A DNA stretch of 64,000 nt from Methanomassiliicoccaceae archaeon (lineage in GTDB: Archaea > Thermoplasmatota > Thermoplasmata > Methanomassiliicoccales > UBA472), in NCBI GenBank assembly GCA_963806355.1, contig CAWDXN010000002.1, positions 51,326 through 115,325 of the forward strand, in the 5' to 3' direction. Position 1 is the stretch's first letter. Each line of letters starts with the position of its first letter. The translations under genes were made by a program, and so were the position numbers. The notes below the pieces were generated by a model. The model searched no databases and was not told the origin of the DNA. It saw only the letters and a program-made list of their open reading frames with translations. Below, piece by piece: positions 1 through 11,051 of this stretch.

Positions 1-963
1 AGGAGGCCAAGGACGGCATCCTGGTGAACCGGGTGAGGACCAGGAGATTCGATTCCAAATTCGGGCTGGCCTTCAACTATCCATTTTTCATCATAGCGCT
101 CCTGAGCTCCTCCAGAGGCCGTCGTTTCGATGTGGTGCACGCCCATGACCTGGACACGCTTTTGGCGGGTACGCTGATCTCTCGCCTGAGGGGCGCGCCC
201 CTCGTCTATGACGCCCATGAGCATTATGCCGACATGGTGTCCCAGGACCTGCCTCGTGGCGTAGCGAGGATGTTCGACCTTTTCGAGAAGGTACTGGTCA
301 GGAACGCGGACCGAGTGGTCGCCGCCAATCAGAGGATAGCCGAATATCTCAATGACTGGACCACCCGGCCACCGGTGGTGGTGATGAACTGCATCGAGCC
401 GCCACAGGGGATGGAGACCAGACAACGGCGCGAAAAGATGGTGGTGTTCTACGGTGGCAGCCTGGAGCCGCTGCGCTTCATAGAGGAGGCGTTGGCGGCG
501 GTGCGGGGGGGCGATGGCACCCTCCTCCGCGTGGCCGGGGACGGGTCGCTGCGAAAGCTCGTGGAGGATGCCGCAGGCTCCGGTCGCAAACGTGCAGTAC
601 ATAGGGTATGTGGACCATGCCACCTTGTTGAAGGAGATGGCGCAGGCCGATGTGATCATCGCCATGCTTGACCCGAGCAACCATAACAACCGCATCGGAA
701 CCCCGAACCGCATGTTCGAGGCCATGGCGGTAGGGACCCCGGTCCTTGTCTCCAAGGGCACCTTGAGCGGGGAGATCGTCGAGAGCGCAGGGGCTGGACT
801 GGCCATCGAGTGGAGCGTATCCTCGTTCCAAGAGGCGTTGCTACGTTTGGCCGACCCGGAGCTAAGGGCGAGGCTCGGTGAAAATGGCAAGGATGCGGTC
901 AAGAGAGAATACAACTGGGGCGCCATGCGGGCCAGGCTCCTCGACCTTTACCGATCGCTGTGA
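1..963 (+). CDS. GT4-family glycosyltransferase; 5' end lies outside the window; frame broken once near 585
   Basis: The frame is open from base 3. ORF 24-671 carries the N-terminal GT4 region (DVVHAHDLDT, VYDAHEHYADM). ORF 514-963 in the +1 frame carries the C-terminal GT1 region (NRMFEAMAVGTPVLVS). Stop is TGA at 961-963. Confidence 0.8.
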
Positions 964-975
964 TGATGGTCGGTC

Positions 976-2565
976 CTACTTTCCTTTCAGCTCGGAACGG
1001 ATGTAGGTCATCATCTCCCCGACGTTGACCACATCCAGGAAGTAGTCCAGGTCCCGCTTCTGCAGCTCCTTCAGCAAGAACAGCATCAAGGCAAAGACGC
1101 AGTAGCTGACGATGCTGACCAACACCAGGTCGTACCATCGCTCCACCGGGACCAAGAGGCTCAGACCATAGGCGGCCATGGCAGCCGCCGCTATCGCCGC
1201 CAGATACTTCAAGGGGCGGTGGTCCAGCTTGACCGGGATCTGTCGGCTGGCATAATAGATGGAGAGGCCGAACACCACGACATATGTGATGAGGTTGGCG
1301 ATGGCCGCGCCCACATAGGAAAGCCCGAGGAGCTCCACTCCGAGGATCTCGTGGGGGACCAGGATGAAGAGCAGGACCGCGTCCACCAGCATGGCGGTCA
1401 CATAGATGCGCGCCACCTTCTTCGGCTCGTTTATGGCGTAGAGCTGGGTGATGAAGATGGTGGCGATGGCGCTCAGGAATATGGAGACCGATAGGATGTT
1501 CAACGTCTTGCCCGAATCGGCGAAGGTGCCCCCGAAGATGATGACCGCCGTCTCCACCGGGAACAGGAGGATCACCACCACCATGGGCAGGATGATCATG
1601 CTGATGTAGCGGATGGCCTCGGTGGACTTGGAACGGATCTCGTTATGCCGGCCCTCCTTGTCCAGCATGGAGAAGGCCGGGAAGGCGAGGGCGGCCACGG
1701 CGCCGCTCACCACCAGGAACATGGACAGCAGGTTCTGGCTGGAGCTATAGAAGCGCACCGAGTCCTCGGAGATGAAGGTGCCGATGACCAGCTTGTCCAG
1801 GGTGGAGATAACGGTGCTGGCGATGACTATGGCGAGCACCGGGGTGGCATATCTCATATAGGAACGGAACAGGGTGGGCTTGGTCCAGTGCACCTTATCG
1901 CGGAACAGGTAGAACAGAGCCACGCAGACCGTGGCCAGACCGCCCAGCACATACGCCCAGGCAACCTCGGTCACCCCCTGCCGGTCCATGAGCAGGAAGA
2001 CCACCAGGGGCACCCTTATCAGAGGGTCCACCAGCACCGAGAGCTGGGTCTTGGTGGTCTGCAGGCGGGCGTCGAAGGTGAGCGTGGCTATCCCTGCCAA
2101 CCCATAGAACACGTAATAGGCCAGGAGGATGTAGACCAGCTCCTTGACCGTCGGTTCCATGGGCGTGGGGAAGATGAGGTCATAGCTGAACAGCAGCGCT
2201 AGCGTCACTGCCACCGCTCCGGCCAGGGTGCAGAGCTTTACCGTCGCATAGGTGCTGACGCAATCATTGAGGTCATTGCCCTCCGAGACCCGTTTGATGT
2301 GCGCCTGGGCGAAACCGAGGTCCGCCACCCCGAAAATGATGGCCAGGAAGGCGAGCGAATAGCTGAGCTGCCCATAGGCCTCGTCCAAATACCTGGTCAT
2401 GAAGGTAAGGGCGACCAGGCTGAGGGCGGCGCTGAGGAACCGCGAGATCATTATCAGGAAGGAGCGACGGCCTATCAACGGGCTCTCGTAGCCATTGTCA
2501 TTATTTAACGGTAATCGGCCCGATACCGGGCAGGATAAATAGAGCCAAAGAGCGCTCGGACCCAC
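976..2565 (-). CDS. MOP/Wzx-type polysaccharide (lipid-linked oligosaccharide) flippase
   Basis: Intact 529-aa ORF that is highly hydrophobic and multi-helical, with the pattern typical of the polysaccharide biosynthesis protein family. It ends in TAG. The true start may be internal (for example Met at 2451). Confidence 0.7.
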   Translation of the reverse strand: MGPSALWLYLSCPVSGRLPLNNDNGYESPLIGRRSFLIMISRFLSAALSLVALTFMTRYLDEAYGQLSYSLAFLAIIFGVADLGFAQAHIKRVSEGNDLNDCVSTYATVKLCTLAGAVAVTLALLFSYDLIFPTPMEPTVKELVYILLAYYVFYGLAGIATLTFDARLQTTKTQLSVLVDPLIRVPLVVFLLMDRQGVTEVAWAYVLGGLATVCVALFYLFRDKVHWTKPTLFRSYMRYATPVLAIVIASTVISTLDKLVIGTFISEDSVRFYSSSQNLLSMFLVVSGAVAALAFPAFSMLDKEGRHNEIRSKSTEAIRYISMIILPMVVVILLFPVETAVIIFGGTFADSGKTLNILSVSIFLSAIATIFITQLYAINEPKKVARIYVTAMLVDAVLLFILVPHEILGVELLGLSYVGAAIANLITYVVVFGLSIYYASRQIPVKLDHRPLKYLAAIAAAAMAAYGLSLLVPVERWYDLVLVSIVSYCVFALMLFLLKELQKRDLDYFLDVVNVGEMMTYIRSELKGK

Positions 2566-2587
2566 AGGCCAAAGAATTTATTGGAGC

Positions 2588-2640
2588 GAGATAAATAAAA
2601 TATAAATAATTCAAAAGGCATTCGTTAAATATCGTCCGAC
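2588..2640. promoter_or_regulatory. AT-rich divergent promoter region between the flippase gene and smc
   Basis: This is the only AT-rich stretch (gataaataaaatataaataattcaaaagg) in the 164-bp spacer between divergent genes, and it resembles a TATA box. Confidence 0.35.
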
Positions 2641-2728
2641 AGTCGTCGGACTCGATGGATGGGATGCACTTGGAGCTTGAGCTTTATCAGAGCGTATGCT
2701 CAAGGGCCCTTGGCCGAGGAGGGCTGGA

Positions 2729-5700
2729 ATGTACCTGAAGCAGATCGAAGTGGAGAACTTCAAGTCCTTCGGCAAGCGGATGACGATCCCCATGCTGAAC
2801 GGCTTCACCGCCGTCACTGGCCCGAACGGCTCTGGCAAGTCCAACATCTCCGACGCCATCCTTTTCGTCCTCGGCCCGAAGAGTTCCAAGGCCATCCGTG
2901 CCGGTCGGCTCACCGACCTCATCTTCAACGGCGGGCCGTCCAAGCAACCGTCCTCCTATACCAAGGTCTCCCTGGTGTTCGACAACAAGGACCGTCTCAT
3001 CCCCATCGATGACGACATCGTCAGGCTCACCAGGCACGTCAAGCTCTCCGAGAGCGAGACCGGCTACAACTCATATTTCTACGTGAACGACAGGAAGTCG
3101 TCGCTGAACGAGTTCGATTATCTGTTGGCCTCGGCAAGGATCAGCGCCGACGGCTACAACCTGGTGCAGCAGGGCGACGTCACCCGCATCGTGGAGATGT
3201 CGCCATTGGAACGACGCAGATTGATGGACGACATCTCTGGCATCAGCAAGTTCGACGAGGACATCGTCAAGGCCGAGGGCGAGCGCAAGGGCGCCGAGGA
3301 GAACATGGACCGCATCGGCATCATCATGAACGAGCTGGAGAAGCAACTGCATCAGCTGGAGGTGGAGAAGGCGGCGGCATTGCGCTTCATGGAGGCGAGG
3401 GACCGTCTCGCCCTGTCCAGGTCACGCATGGCGCACAAGAAGAAGGAGGCGGCGGAGTCCGAGGTCAACGCCACCCGCGCCCAGATCGATGCCTATAACA
3501 AAGACATGGAGGCCTTGCGCCTGCGTAAGGCCGAGATCGGCAGGTCCATCGCCGAAGCCGAAAGAAGGATCATCGAGCTGGAGGCCCAGATCGTCGAGAA
3601 GGGCGGCCAGGAGTTCAAGGACCTGAAGGAGCGCATGGACGCCGCCAAGATCGAGATCGCCCGGGCGACCGACGCGGCCCAACGCTCGGACGAGGAGGGC
3701 AAGGAGCTGCAGGAGACCCTGCGCCACCACCGTGAGGAGCGCAACAAGCTCCAGCACGAGGTCCGCTCCATCGATGACAAGCACAAGGTCACAGAGGAGA
3801 CCCTGCTGGACAAGCAACGCCTTCTCGAAGAGAGGCGCAAGCAGCAGGCGGAGGTGCAGTCCAAGATATCCGCCTCCGACTCCGAGCTGTCCGCCCTGGA
3901 GAGGCGACTGCTCGATCTGGACGCCCAGGTAAGTGAAGGCGAGGAGAAGGTCCACTCCCTCACCATGGACAAGGACCGCCAGGAGGACCGACTGAACCGT
4001 CTCAAGGCCGAGCTGGCCGAGAACGAGGAGAGCAAGGGCAACCTGGAGTTCCAGATCAAGGACGCGGAGTGGCGCCTGCGCGAGATCCAAAAGACGGAAA
4101 AGAGCTCCACGGGCGAGCTCAGCGCCTTGCAGGACCCAGTTCTTCGCCAAGACGTTCACAGGAGGCGAAGATGGCGGCGCAGCTGGACGAGCTGGAGCAG
4201 GCCATCAAGACCCTCACCCGGGAATACAATCACATCTCCGGCGGAGAAGGAGGCGGTGGAGAACCTTGCCAAGGGCTACAACCGTGCCGTCCGTTCCCTG
4301 TTGGAGGCGAGGGACAAGCACGAGATCAGAGGCATCCATGGCACGGTGGCCGAGCTGGCCAAGGTCGACCCCAAGTACGAGATCGCCCTCAACGTCGCCG
4401 CCGGCGCGAGGATGCAGTCGGTCATCGTGGACGATGACGAGGTGGCCTCCGAGCGCCATCCAGTTCCTGAAGCGGAACAACCTGGGCCGCGCCACATTCC
4501 TACCTCTCAACAAGATGCTGGACGGCAAGCCCCGGGGCAAGGCCCAGCTCGTCGTCAAAGAGGCGGTCGGATACGCCATCGACCTCATCGACTTCGAGGA
4601 ACGTATCGCCCCGCCTTCTGGTACGTTTTCGGCGACACCGTGGTGGTCCAGGACCTGGACAAGGCCCGAAAGCTGATGGGCGGGGTGCGCCTGGTGACCG
4701 GCGGGCGGTGAGCTCATCGAGGCCTCCGGGGCCATGGTCGGCGGCACGGTGGACACGAACACCCTCAAGTTCGGCCAGAGCTCGAAGGGCAAGCTGGAGG
4801 AGATCGCCGAGGAGCTGCGCAAGAGCGTGGAGCACTCGGAGAAACTGACCGCCCAGCTCAAGGCGTTGCGCTTGGAGCTGCAACAGGTGGAGTCGCGCAT
4901 GCGCGAGCTCAGCGGCTCGGAGAGCAACAACGAGATCAAGATCAGCGGCCTGGAGGCCACCTTGAAGGACCTGAAGGGCCGGATGGCCAAGGGACGCGAG
5001 GAGGCGACGACCAAGGCCAAGGAATCGGAGGAGCTGCGTCAGGCCATCGAGAGGTTGTCCAAGGAGGTAGCTTCCGCCGCATCCAAGGTGGAGCAGACCA
5101 AGTCACAGCGCGAGCAGGCCCGGCAGAAGGCAGATGGAGATCGCCCCCAAGGACCTCACCACCAAGCTGCGCGCGTTGCAATCCGAGGTGGTGGAGCTCA
5201 CCGCCTCGGTGGCGGAGCTGAACTCGGAGAAGGCCACCGGCAAGACCCAGATGGACCTGCTCCGTAAACGCCTGGAGGAGATGGACCAGTTCGAGGCCGG
5301 TTCCAAGGAGAAGTCGGTCAAGCTGCGCTCCGAGGGCGAGGAGGCCCGGGCCAAGGAGGCGAAGCTCCGCGTCGAGCTGAACGGCCTGAGGAAGATCGAG
5401 GACTCGATGGGCAACGAGATGAACGACCTCCGCGCCAAGAAGGAAGCCGCGTTCAGGGAAAGACCAAGCTGGAGTCCGACCGGGACAAGGTCCAGACCAA
5501 GGCCGAGACCTCGCAGGACTTCGTCATCAGGCTGCAAGACCAAGCCGCCAGCCGCCGATGGAGCGCCTCAAGGAGCTGGAGGTCGAGATCGCAGCAGATC
5601 AAGGTGCCGGTCACATACCCGCTGCCGCACCATGGACGAGATCAAGGACGAGATCACCCGCTGCGAGGCCACCCTGGCCAACATGGGCAACGTCAACCTG

Positions 5701-6337
5701 CGGTCCATCGAGGACTACGAGGAGAAGAACGCCCGGCACGTCGAGCTGCGCAACGAGATCAAACGCCTGGACGACCAGACGCCACGACCTCATCAAGCTC
5801 ACGAACGAGCTGAACGAGAAGAAGAAGGTCGCCCTGCTCAAGGTGTTCGACGCGGTCAACGAGAACTTCCAGCACCGTCTACGCCGAGCTATCGCGGGAG
5901 GCGAGGCCGAGCTGCTGCTGGAGAACCCGGAGTGGCCGTTCGAGGGCGGTCTGATCATGAAGTGCAGGCCCAGGCACGGCAAGGTGCTGCGGCTGGAGGC
6001 GCTAAGCGGAGGCGAGAAGTCGCTGGCGGCGCTGGCTTCATCTTCGCCATGCAGGAGTGGCAGCCGTCGCCCTTCTACCTGCTGGACGAGGTGGACATGT
6101 TCCTGGACGCGGTCAACGCGGACATGGTGGCGCAGCGCGTCAAGAAGAGCTCGCAGACCGCCCAGTTCGTCATGATCTCGTTGAGGAAGGTCACGCTGAA
6201 CAAGGCCGACCACATCATCGGGGTGACGAAGCCAGAGGGCGGGATCAGCAATGTCATAATGAAGCCCGAACATGGGCGACATCAAGGACCTCCAGGACGA
6301 GCTCAAGGTGCTGGAGGAGAAGGGGGATGGGGTATAA
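2729..6337 (+). CDS. smc: Chromosome segregation ATPase SMC; about 14 frame breaks in this sequence
   Basis: Starts MYLKQIEVENFKSF with Walker A motif TGPNGSGKSN. Long E/K/L/R-rich coiled coils follow. The hinge reads GIHGTVAELAKVDPKYEIALNVAAGARMQSVIVDDD. The C-terminal part has LSGGEKSLAALA and Walker B FYLLDEVD. The pieces are spread over ORFs 2696-4711, 4069-4437, 4266-4676, 4734-5267, 5134-6552, 5558-6175 and 5604-5813. The TAA stop at 6335-6337 overlaps the scpA ATG. Confidence 0.9.
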
Positions 6338-7251
6338 TGGAGACCAACGCTAGAGGCCATCTACGGCCATTTGCTGTTCCACACGCGCCATCATCGACGA
6401 GGGGGACCGCAGCGAGAAGATCGAACGCTACCTGGAACTGCTCAAGCAGGCCGAGGCGGGGGAGGGCATGGTCCCGCTCGACCCAGTGGACAGGGCGGTG
6501 CAGCTGGTGTTCGAGCTGGTCCTCTCCAACAACTTCGACCCTTGGGACATGAACCTCATGGAGTTCGTCCGCATGTACACCAAGAAGATGCACGCCGACG
6601 AGGTGAACTTCATCGTGGCAGGCAAGCTGGTGCACATGGCCTGGAGCATCCTGCAGCATGCAGAGCCAGGAGGTGCTGCTGCTGCACGAGCGCCCCGAGC
6701 AGTTCGAGCTGATCTGCGCCGACTGGGACTTGGATGCGTGCGGCCATGTCCGAGGAACCGTTCCATTCCGATATCGTCACCGACGTCCCGGACGGGGTGG
6801 ACCTGTCCGAGGCGGTCCGCCACCACACCAGCCGACCGGTCTCGTTGGTCGAGCTGCTGGACGCCTTCGACGAGGCCAAGCGCGAGGTCGAGGTGCAACT
6901 GGCCACGGCAGAAGGCCCGGGAGGTGCTCAAGGTCAGCGCAGGAACGCTTCGACGGCAAGGCCCACTCCGAGGACCTGGAGAAGGACGTGGAGATGACCT
7001 GGGACCGCATCCTCCGATGCGGCAACGGGCCGATCGCGCTCGAGGACATCATTGAAGGCGGCAAGGAGGACGCGGTCACGGTCTTGGTCTCGTTGCTGTT
7101 CCTGGCCCGCGAGGGCAAGATCGCCCTGTGGCAGGACGAACTTCCCTATGGCCAGATATTCCTGGAGATCAAGATCCCGTGGGACATCGGCACCCTCGAG
7201 GAAAGGCCGGCGCCGCTGGTGCCCACCCCTGAGAAGAGAGCGGTGATCTGA
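6337..7251 (+). CDS. scpA: Segregation and condensation protein A (kleisin ScpA); six frame breaks
   Basis: Reconstructed as METNA / LEAIYGHLLFHTR / AIIDEGDRSEKIERYL...DPWDMNLMEFVRMY...AWSILQ / MQSQEVLLLHERPEQFE / ...SRPVSLVELLDAFDEAKREVEVQLA / RQKAREVLKVSA / ...AVTVLVSLLFLAREGKIALWQDELPYGQIFLEI. It sits between smc and scpB. Confidence 0.85.
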
Positions 7252-7252
7252 G

Positions 7253-7750
7253 TTGGAATCGGAGCGAGCAGTGGAGGCGGTGCTGTTCTCTTCCGGCCGG
7301 CCGATGAAGGCCTCGGAGCTATGCGAGGCCACCGGGCTCGGCCCTGACACGGTACGAAGGGCGCTGAAGAAGTTGGAGGAGGAGTACGACCAGAGAGGCT
7401 CCGCCATCCAGGTGGTCAAGATCGGCCTGAAGTACTCCATGCAGCTCCGTCCGGAGGCGGCGCGCTATTCCACCACCTTCGCGGAGAAGGAGCTGCCCGA
7501 CAAGGTCCTCCGCCTGGCGGCCATCATCGCCTACAACCAGCCCATACTGCAGAGCGAACTGGCCAAGCTCATGGGGTCTGACGTTTACGACGAGGTGCGC
7601 ACCCTGCGCCACGCCGGTCTCGTCACCGGCAAGAAGCAAGGGCAGACGTTGTTGCTGTCCACGACGCAGAAGTTCTCCGAGTACTTCGGCATCGGCAGCA
7701 ACCGCAAAGAGGACATCAAGAGGTGGTTGGAATCACAGTCAAAGAAGTAG
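7253..7750 (+). CDS. scpB: Segregation and condensation protein B (ScpB)
   Basis: Intact 165-aa ORF with ScpB-like winged-helix repeats (AVEAVLFSSGRPMKASEL; LRLAAIIAYNQPILQSELAKLMG). Apparent TTG start 2 nt after the scpA stop. It ends TAG followed directly by TGA. Confidence 0.85.
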   Translation: MESERAVEAVLFSSGRPMKASELCEATGLGPDTVRRALKKLEEEYDQRGSAIQVVKIGLKYSMQLRPEAARYSTTFAEKELPDKVLRLAAIIAYNQPILQSELAKLMGSDVYDEVRTLRHAGLVTGKKQGQTLLLSTTQKFSEYFGIGSNRKEDIKRWLESQSKK

Positions 7751-8040
7751 TGAGAGTGAAGGAAGATCAGAAGACTACCATCGGGCGCATACCTATCATG
7801 GTCTCCGAGTCGAGGCGTTTGCCTGGCTCCGACCCCTGCGTCACCATCACGGAGCTAAGCGTGGAGCGGAGGGACGAGGACGCCCCGCCCCTGCGCACCT
7901 GGTCCGGATACCCCTTCGTATCTCTGAAGGGCTCGCACGGCAAGTGATGGTCCCAAGGCCTCGACCGTCCATGGTACTAGGGATGGATGTGACTGGCCGG
8001 CCTTGGAACGGCCATGGGTGGACGCGCCCTCATAGAAAAC

Positions 8041-8048
8041 CTTTATAT
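8041..8048 (+). promoter_or_regulatory. TATA-box-like element for the Sm gene
   Basis: The sequence ctttatat lies about 35-45 nt upstream of the first ATGs (8083 and 8089) of the Sm gene. Confidence 0.4.
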
Positions 8049-8082
8049 CCAGCGGTCCTAATGCGTCAAAGTAGTGGTTTTA

Positions 8083-8298
8083 ATGGTCATGCCTCTTGCG
8101 CTGCTCGAGAAATCGATGAACAAGAAGATCTCCCTACTGCTCAAGGACAACCGTGTGCTAGAGGGAAAGCTGACCGGATACGATGAGTACATGAACATGG
8201 TCCTCGAGGAGACCGAGGAGCGCACCGCTGAGCAGACCAGGCGCCTGGGGGTCGTCATCCTTCGCGGCAACAACGTGGTGAGCATTTCACCGCTCTGA
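8083..8298 (+). CDS. Sm-like (LSm / SmAP) RNA-binding protein
   Basis: Sm1 and Sm2 motifs are present: ISLLLKDNRVLEGKLTGYDEYMNMVLEE ... GVVILRGNNVVSISP. The ORF-track start at 8074 is probably too early. Confidence 0.9.
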   Translation: MVMPLALLEKSMNKKISLLLKDNRVLEGKLTGYDEYMNMVLEETEERTAEQTRRLGVVILRGNNVVSISPL

Positions 8299-8328
8299 AA
8301 TCCGTTCCTATTACCGGTGAAATAACGG

Positions 8329-9295
8329 ATGAAGGCGGTAATTCTCGCAGGCGGTCTGGGCACCCGCCTAAGGCCACTCACCTACCGAACTCCCAAACCC
8401 CTCGTACCTCTGGTGGGCAAGCCATTGGTCCGCCACATCATCGATTCCCTGCCCTCCCGCGTGGACACGGTGGTGCTGGCCGTCAGCTACATGAAGGAGG
8501 CGTTGGAGGATTACTTCCGGGTCAACGACTGCGGCCGAAAGGTCATCCTGGTCAATGAGACCCAGCCGCTCGGGACCGGGGGGGCGCTCAAGAACGTCGA
8601 GGAGCACCTCGACGACACCTTCATCGCCTTCAACGGCGACGTGATCTGCTCCTTGGACCTCAATGCCATGGTGCGATCGGCACCGCGAGAAGGGTGGCAT
8701 CGGCACGATGGCGCTCTGGGAGGTGGAGGACCCAAGCCCCTTCGGCGTGGTGGCCCTCGACCGGACCGGGCGGATAACCCGTTTCCAGGAGAAGCCAGTC
8801 GGGCGGAGGCGGTGTCGAACCTGATCAACGCCGGCATCTACGTCTTCGAACCGGAGATACTGGACTACATCGGCCAGGGGTGGTGTCGATCGAACGGGAG
8901 GTGTTCCCCAAGGTCCTGGAGGATGGGCTGTTCGGGCACGAGTTCGAGGGTTACTGGGTGGACTGCGGGACGAGGGAGAGCTACCTCAAGGCCCAGGAGA
9001 CCATCATGCGGGTCCAAGGGGACAGGGTCTTCGACCTCGAGCTCCGCGGCAAGGTGGCGATGGAAGGGCCCTATCATCTGGACGGTGCCTACCTGGAGGA
9101 CTGCCATGTCGGTCCCAACGTCTATGTCTATCCCGGGGCCGAGATAATGTCTGGCGCCATGGTGAGCAACAGCGCTCATCATGGCCGGGGCCCGAGTGTC
9201 GCGCCGGGGCCCAGGTGAGGGACTCCCTCATCGGTCCAGGGCAAGTGGTGACGCAGGGCGCGTCGATCATAGGGCAGATCATAGCGGAAAGATGA
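8329..9295 (+). CDS. NDP-sugar pyrophosphorylase (sugar-1-phosphate nucleotidyltransferase) with a C-terminal left-handed beta-helix; about 5 frame breaks
   Basis: N-terminus MKAVILAGGLGTRLRPLTYRTPKPLVPLVGKPL. Further pieces are GTMALWEVEDPSPFGVVALD, SNLINAGIYVFEPEIL, FEGYWVDCGTRESYLKA and a hexapeptide-like tail ending QIIAER with stop at 9293-9295. Confidence 0.8.
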
Positions 9296-9376
9296 GTCCG
9301 TATCTGACCATATACAGGACCCTCGATTGTTAGTTATGTATATATTCCTGGATAATTTTCCGGTAGGCTATAGAGG

Positions 9377-11051
9377 TGGTGGGCCACTGGCGGAGAAGCC
9401 TCAGCAAGGATTCCAAATTGGATCAACAGCCGTAGACTTCCGTAACGGCTGGCTCGGCTTCGTCATCATTTTCTTCCTCGGCTTCATCATCCTGCCCACC
9501 ATATGGATATTGAGCTACACGTTCACGGACTGGGACCTCATCCAGAAATACGTCTTCGACGACCCGGCGACGGTCCAGCTGATACAGGATGCCATCGTGG
9601 CCTCGTTCGAGATCGCCGCCATCGTCGTCGTCATCGACATCCTGACCGGCCTGCCCATGGCCTGGATCCTGGTGCGCAAGCAGTTCCGGGGCAAGCAGTT
9701 CCTCGACACCCTGATCGACATGCCCTTGGCCGTGCCCACCGCCGCCCTCGGGTTCTCCGCGGCCATCTTCTGGGCCGTGTCCAAACCATCGGCGGAGGCC
9801 CCTTGGTTCGCCGTGGGCGAGATATCCAGCCCTTCATCCTGGTGCTACTGCTCCACGTCGTCTTCTCCTACCCCTACATGGTCCGCTCGCTGGCCGCCAT
9901 CCTGGAGCAGATCGACCAGACCTATGAGACGGCCGGCCAGACCCTGGGGGCGAGCAAGCTCACCGCGGCCCGCACCATCACCCTGCCGCTGTTCCGCGCC
10001 GGCCTGGTCACCGGCATCATCCTCTGCCTTGGCCCGCAGCCTGAGCGAGACCGGCGGAACGATGATCGCGCTCGCCACCATGGCCAACTCCCAAGGCTTC
10101 CAGACCGGGCCGACCCTCATCGGCACCCTGGAAGGCGGGTCTCAGACCTCAATCCCGACCTCGCCGCCCCCCTGGCCTTCGTCAGCATCCTGCTGATCGT
10201 CCTCTCCTTGGTGCTCCTGGTGGTGCTCAAGCTGGTGGTCATGAAGGTCAGATTGCCCGCGGGAAAGGTCTGGCCCAAATGGGAGAAGATACTCTCCCGC
10301 GGCATCGCCCCCAAGTTGAAGGACGGTTTCAGTGGCGCCTTCCTCATCATCATCGTGCTCATACCCTCCTTCTTCATCTTCGCATATGTGTTCACTGCCA
10401 CCGCCTCCCAAGGCGATTGGCAGACCTTCTGGGAGAGCCTCGCCTACTCCTTCATCATCGCCGGCGTGGTCACCTTGGTGGACATATTCCTCGGCATACC
10501 CCTGGCGCTTTACATCGCCCGGCAACAAGAAGGGCCGCCTCCCGCAGTTCCTGGACGTGCTGGTCAACATTCCGTTGATCGTCCCCACCGCCGCTCTGGG
10601 GTATTCCCTCGGCATCTTCTGGGGCGGGGCTCCGTTCATCTCGGCCATCCCGTTCCTCCTGGTCATCTTCGCCCATATCGCCTTCACCTATCCCCTGGTG
10701 GTCAGGAACGTCGACGGGGCGGTGGAGGAGGTCGACGCGGCCTATGAGGAGACGGCCCGCACCCTGGGGGCCAGACGCCGTCCAGACCTTCCGCAGGGTG
10801 CTGTTCCCGATGATCAAGGCCTCGGTCCTGGCCGGCGCGATCATGGCCTTCACCAGGAGCCTGGGCGAGACCGGCGCCACCATCGCGGTGGCGGGCACAT
10901 CCGTCAACACCGCCCCGGTCTACATCGTCGATCTGATCAACAGCGGAGCAGCTTCTACATGGCGGCCTTGACCTGCATCGTGCTGATCGTGGTCTCCTTC
11001 GTCTTCATGCTCGGCCTGCGGTACATCACCAGGAAGAGGAGGGCAGGCTGA
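9377..11051 (+). CDS. Fused two-domain ABC importer permease (COG1178-like, Fe3+/thiamine-type); about 9 frame breaks; start uncertain
   Basis: Two permease halves each carry an EAA-type loop (ETAGQTLGASKLTAARTITLPLF ... ARSLSETGGT; EETARTLGA..VQTFRRVLFPMIKAS ... TRSLGETGAT) and a PL(A/I)VPTAALG motif. A GGTG Shine-Dalgarno-like sequence and GTG lie near 9375-9380. Stop is at 11049-11051. Confidence 0.75.

Noticed and set aside
7748-7753. The TAG-TGA tandem stop after scpB as evidence that amber is reassigned.
   Set aside because: TAG ends several well-delimited genes with no nearby backup stop (flippase 976-978, nop5 17397-17399), so amber is an ordinary terminator here. The tandem stop is probably coincidence.
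7751-8040. Identifying the GC-rich spacer as SRP (7S) RNA, RNase P RNA or a C/D box sRNA.
   Set aside because: The diagnostic strings are absent on both strands: a GGAAAGUCC-type P4 for RNase P, CCGGAAGG...AGCA-type helix 8 for SRP, and paired UGAUGA/CUGA boxes. GGTCCGGA at about 7900 is only a partial resemblance.
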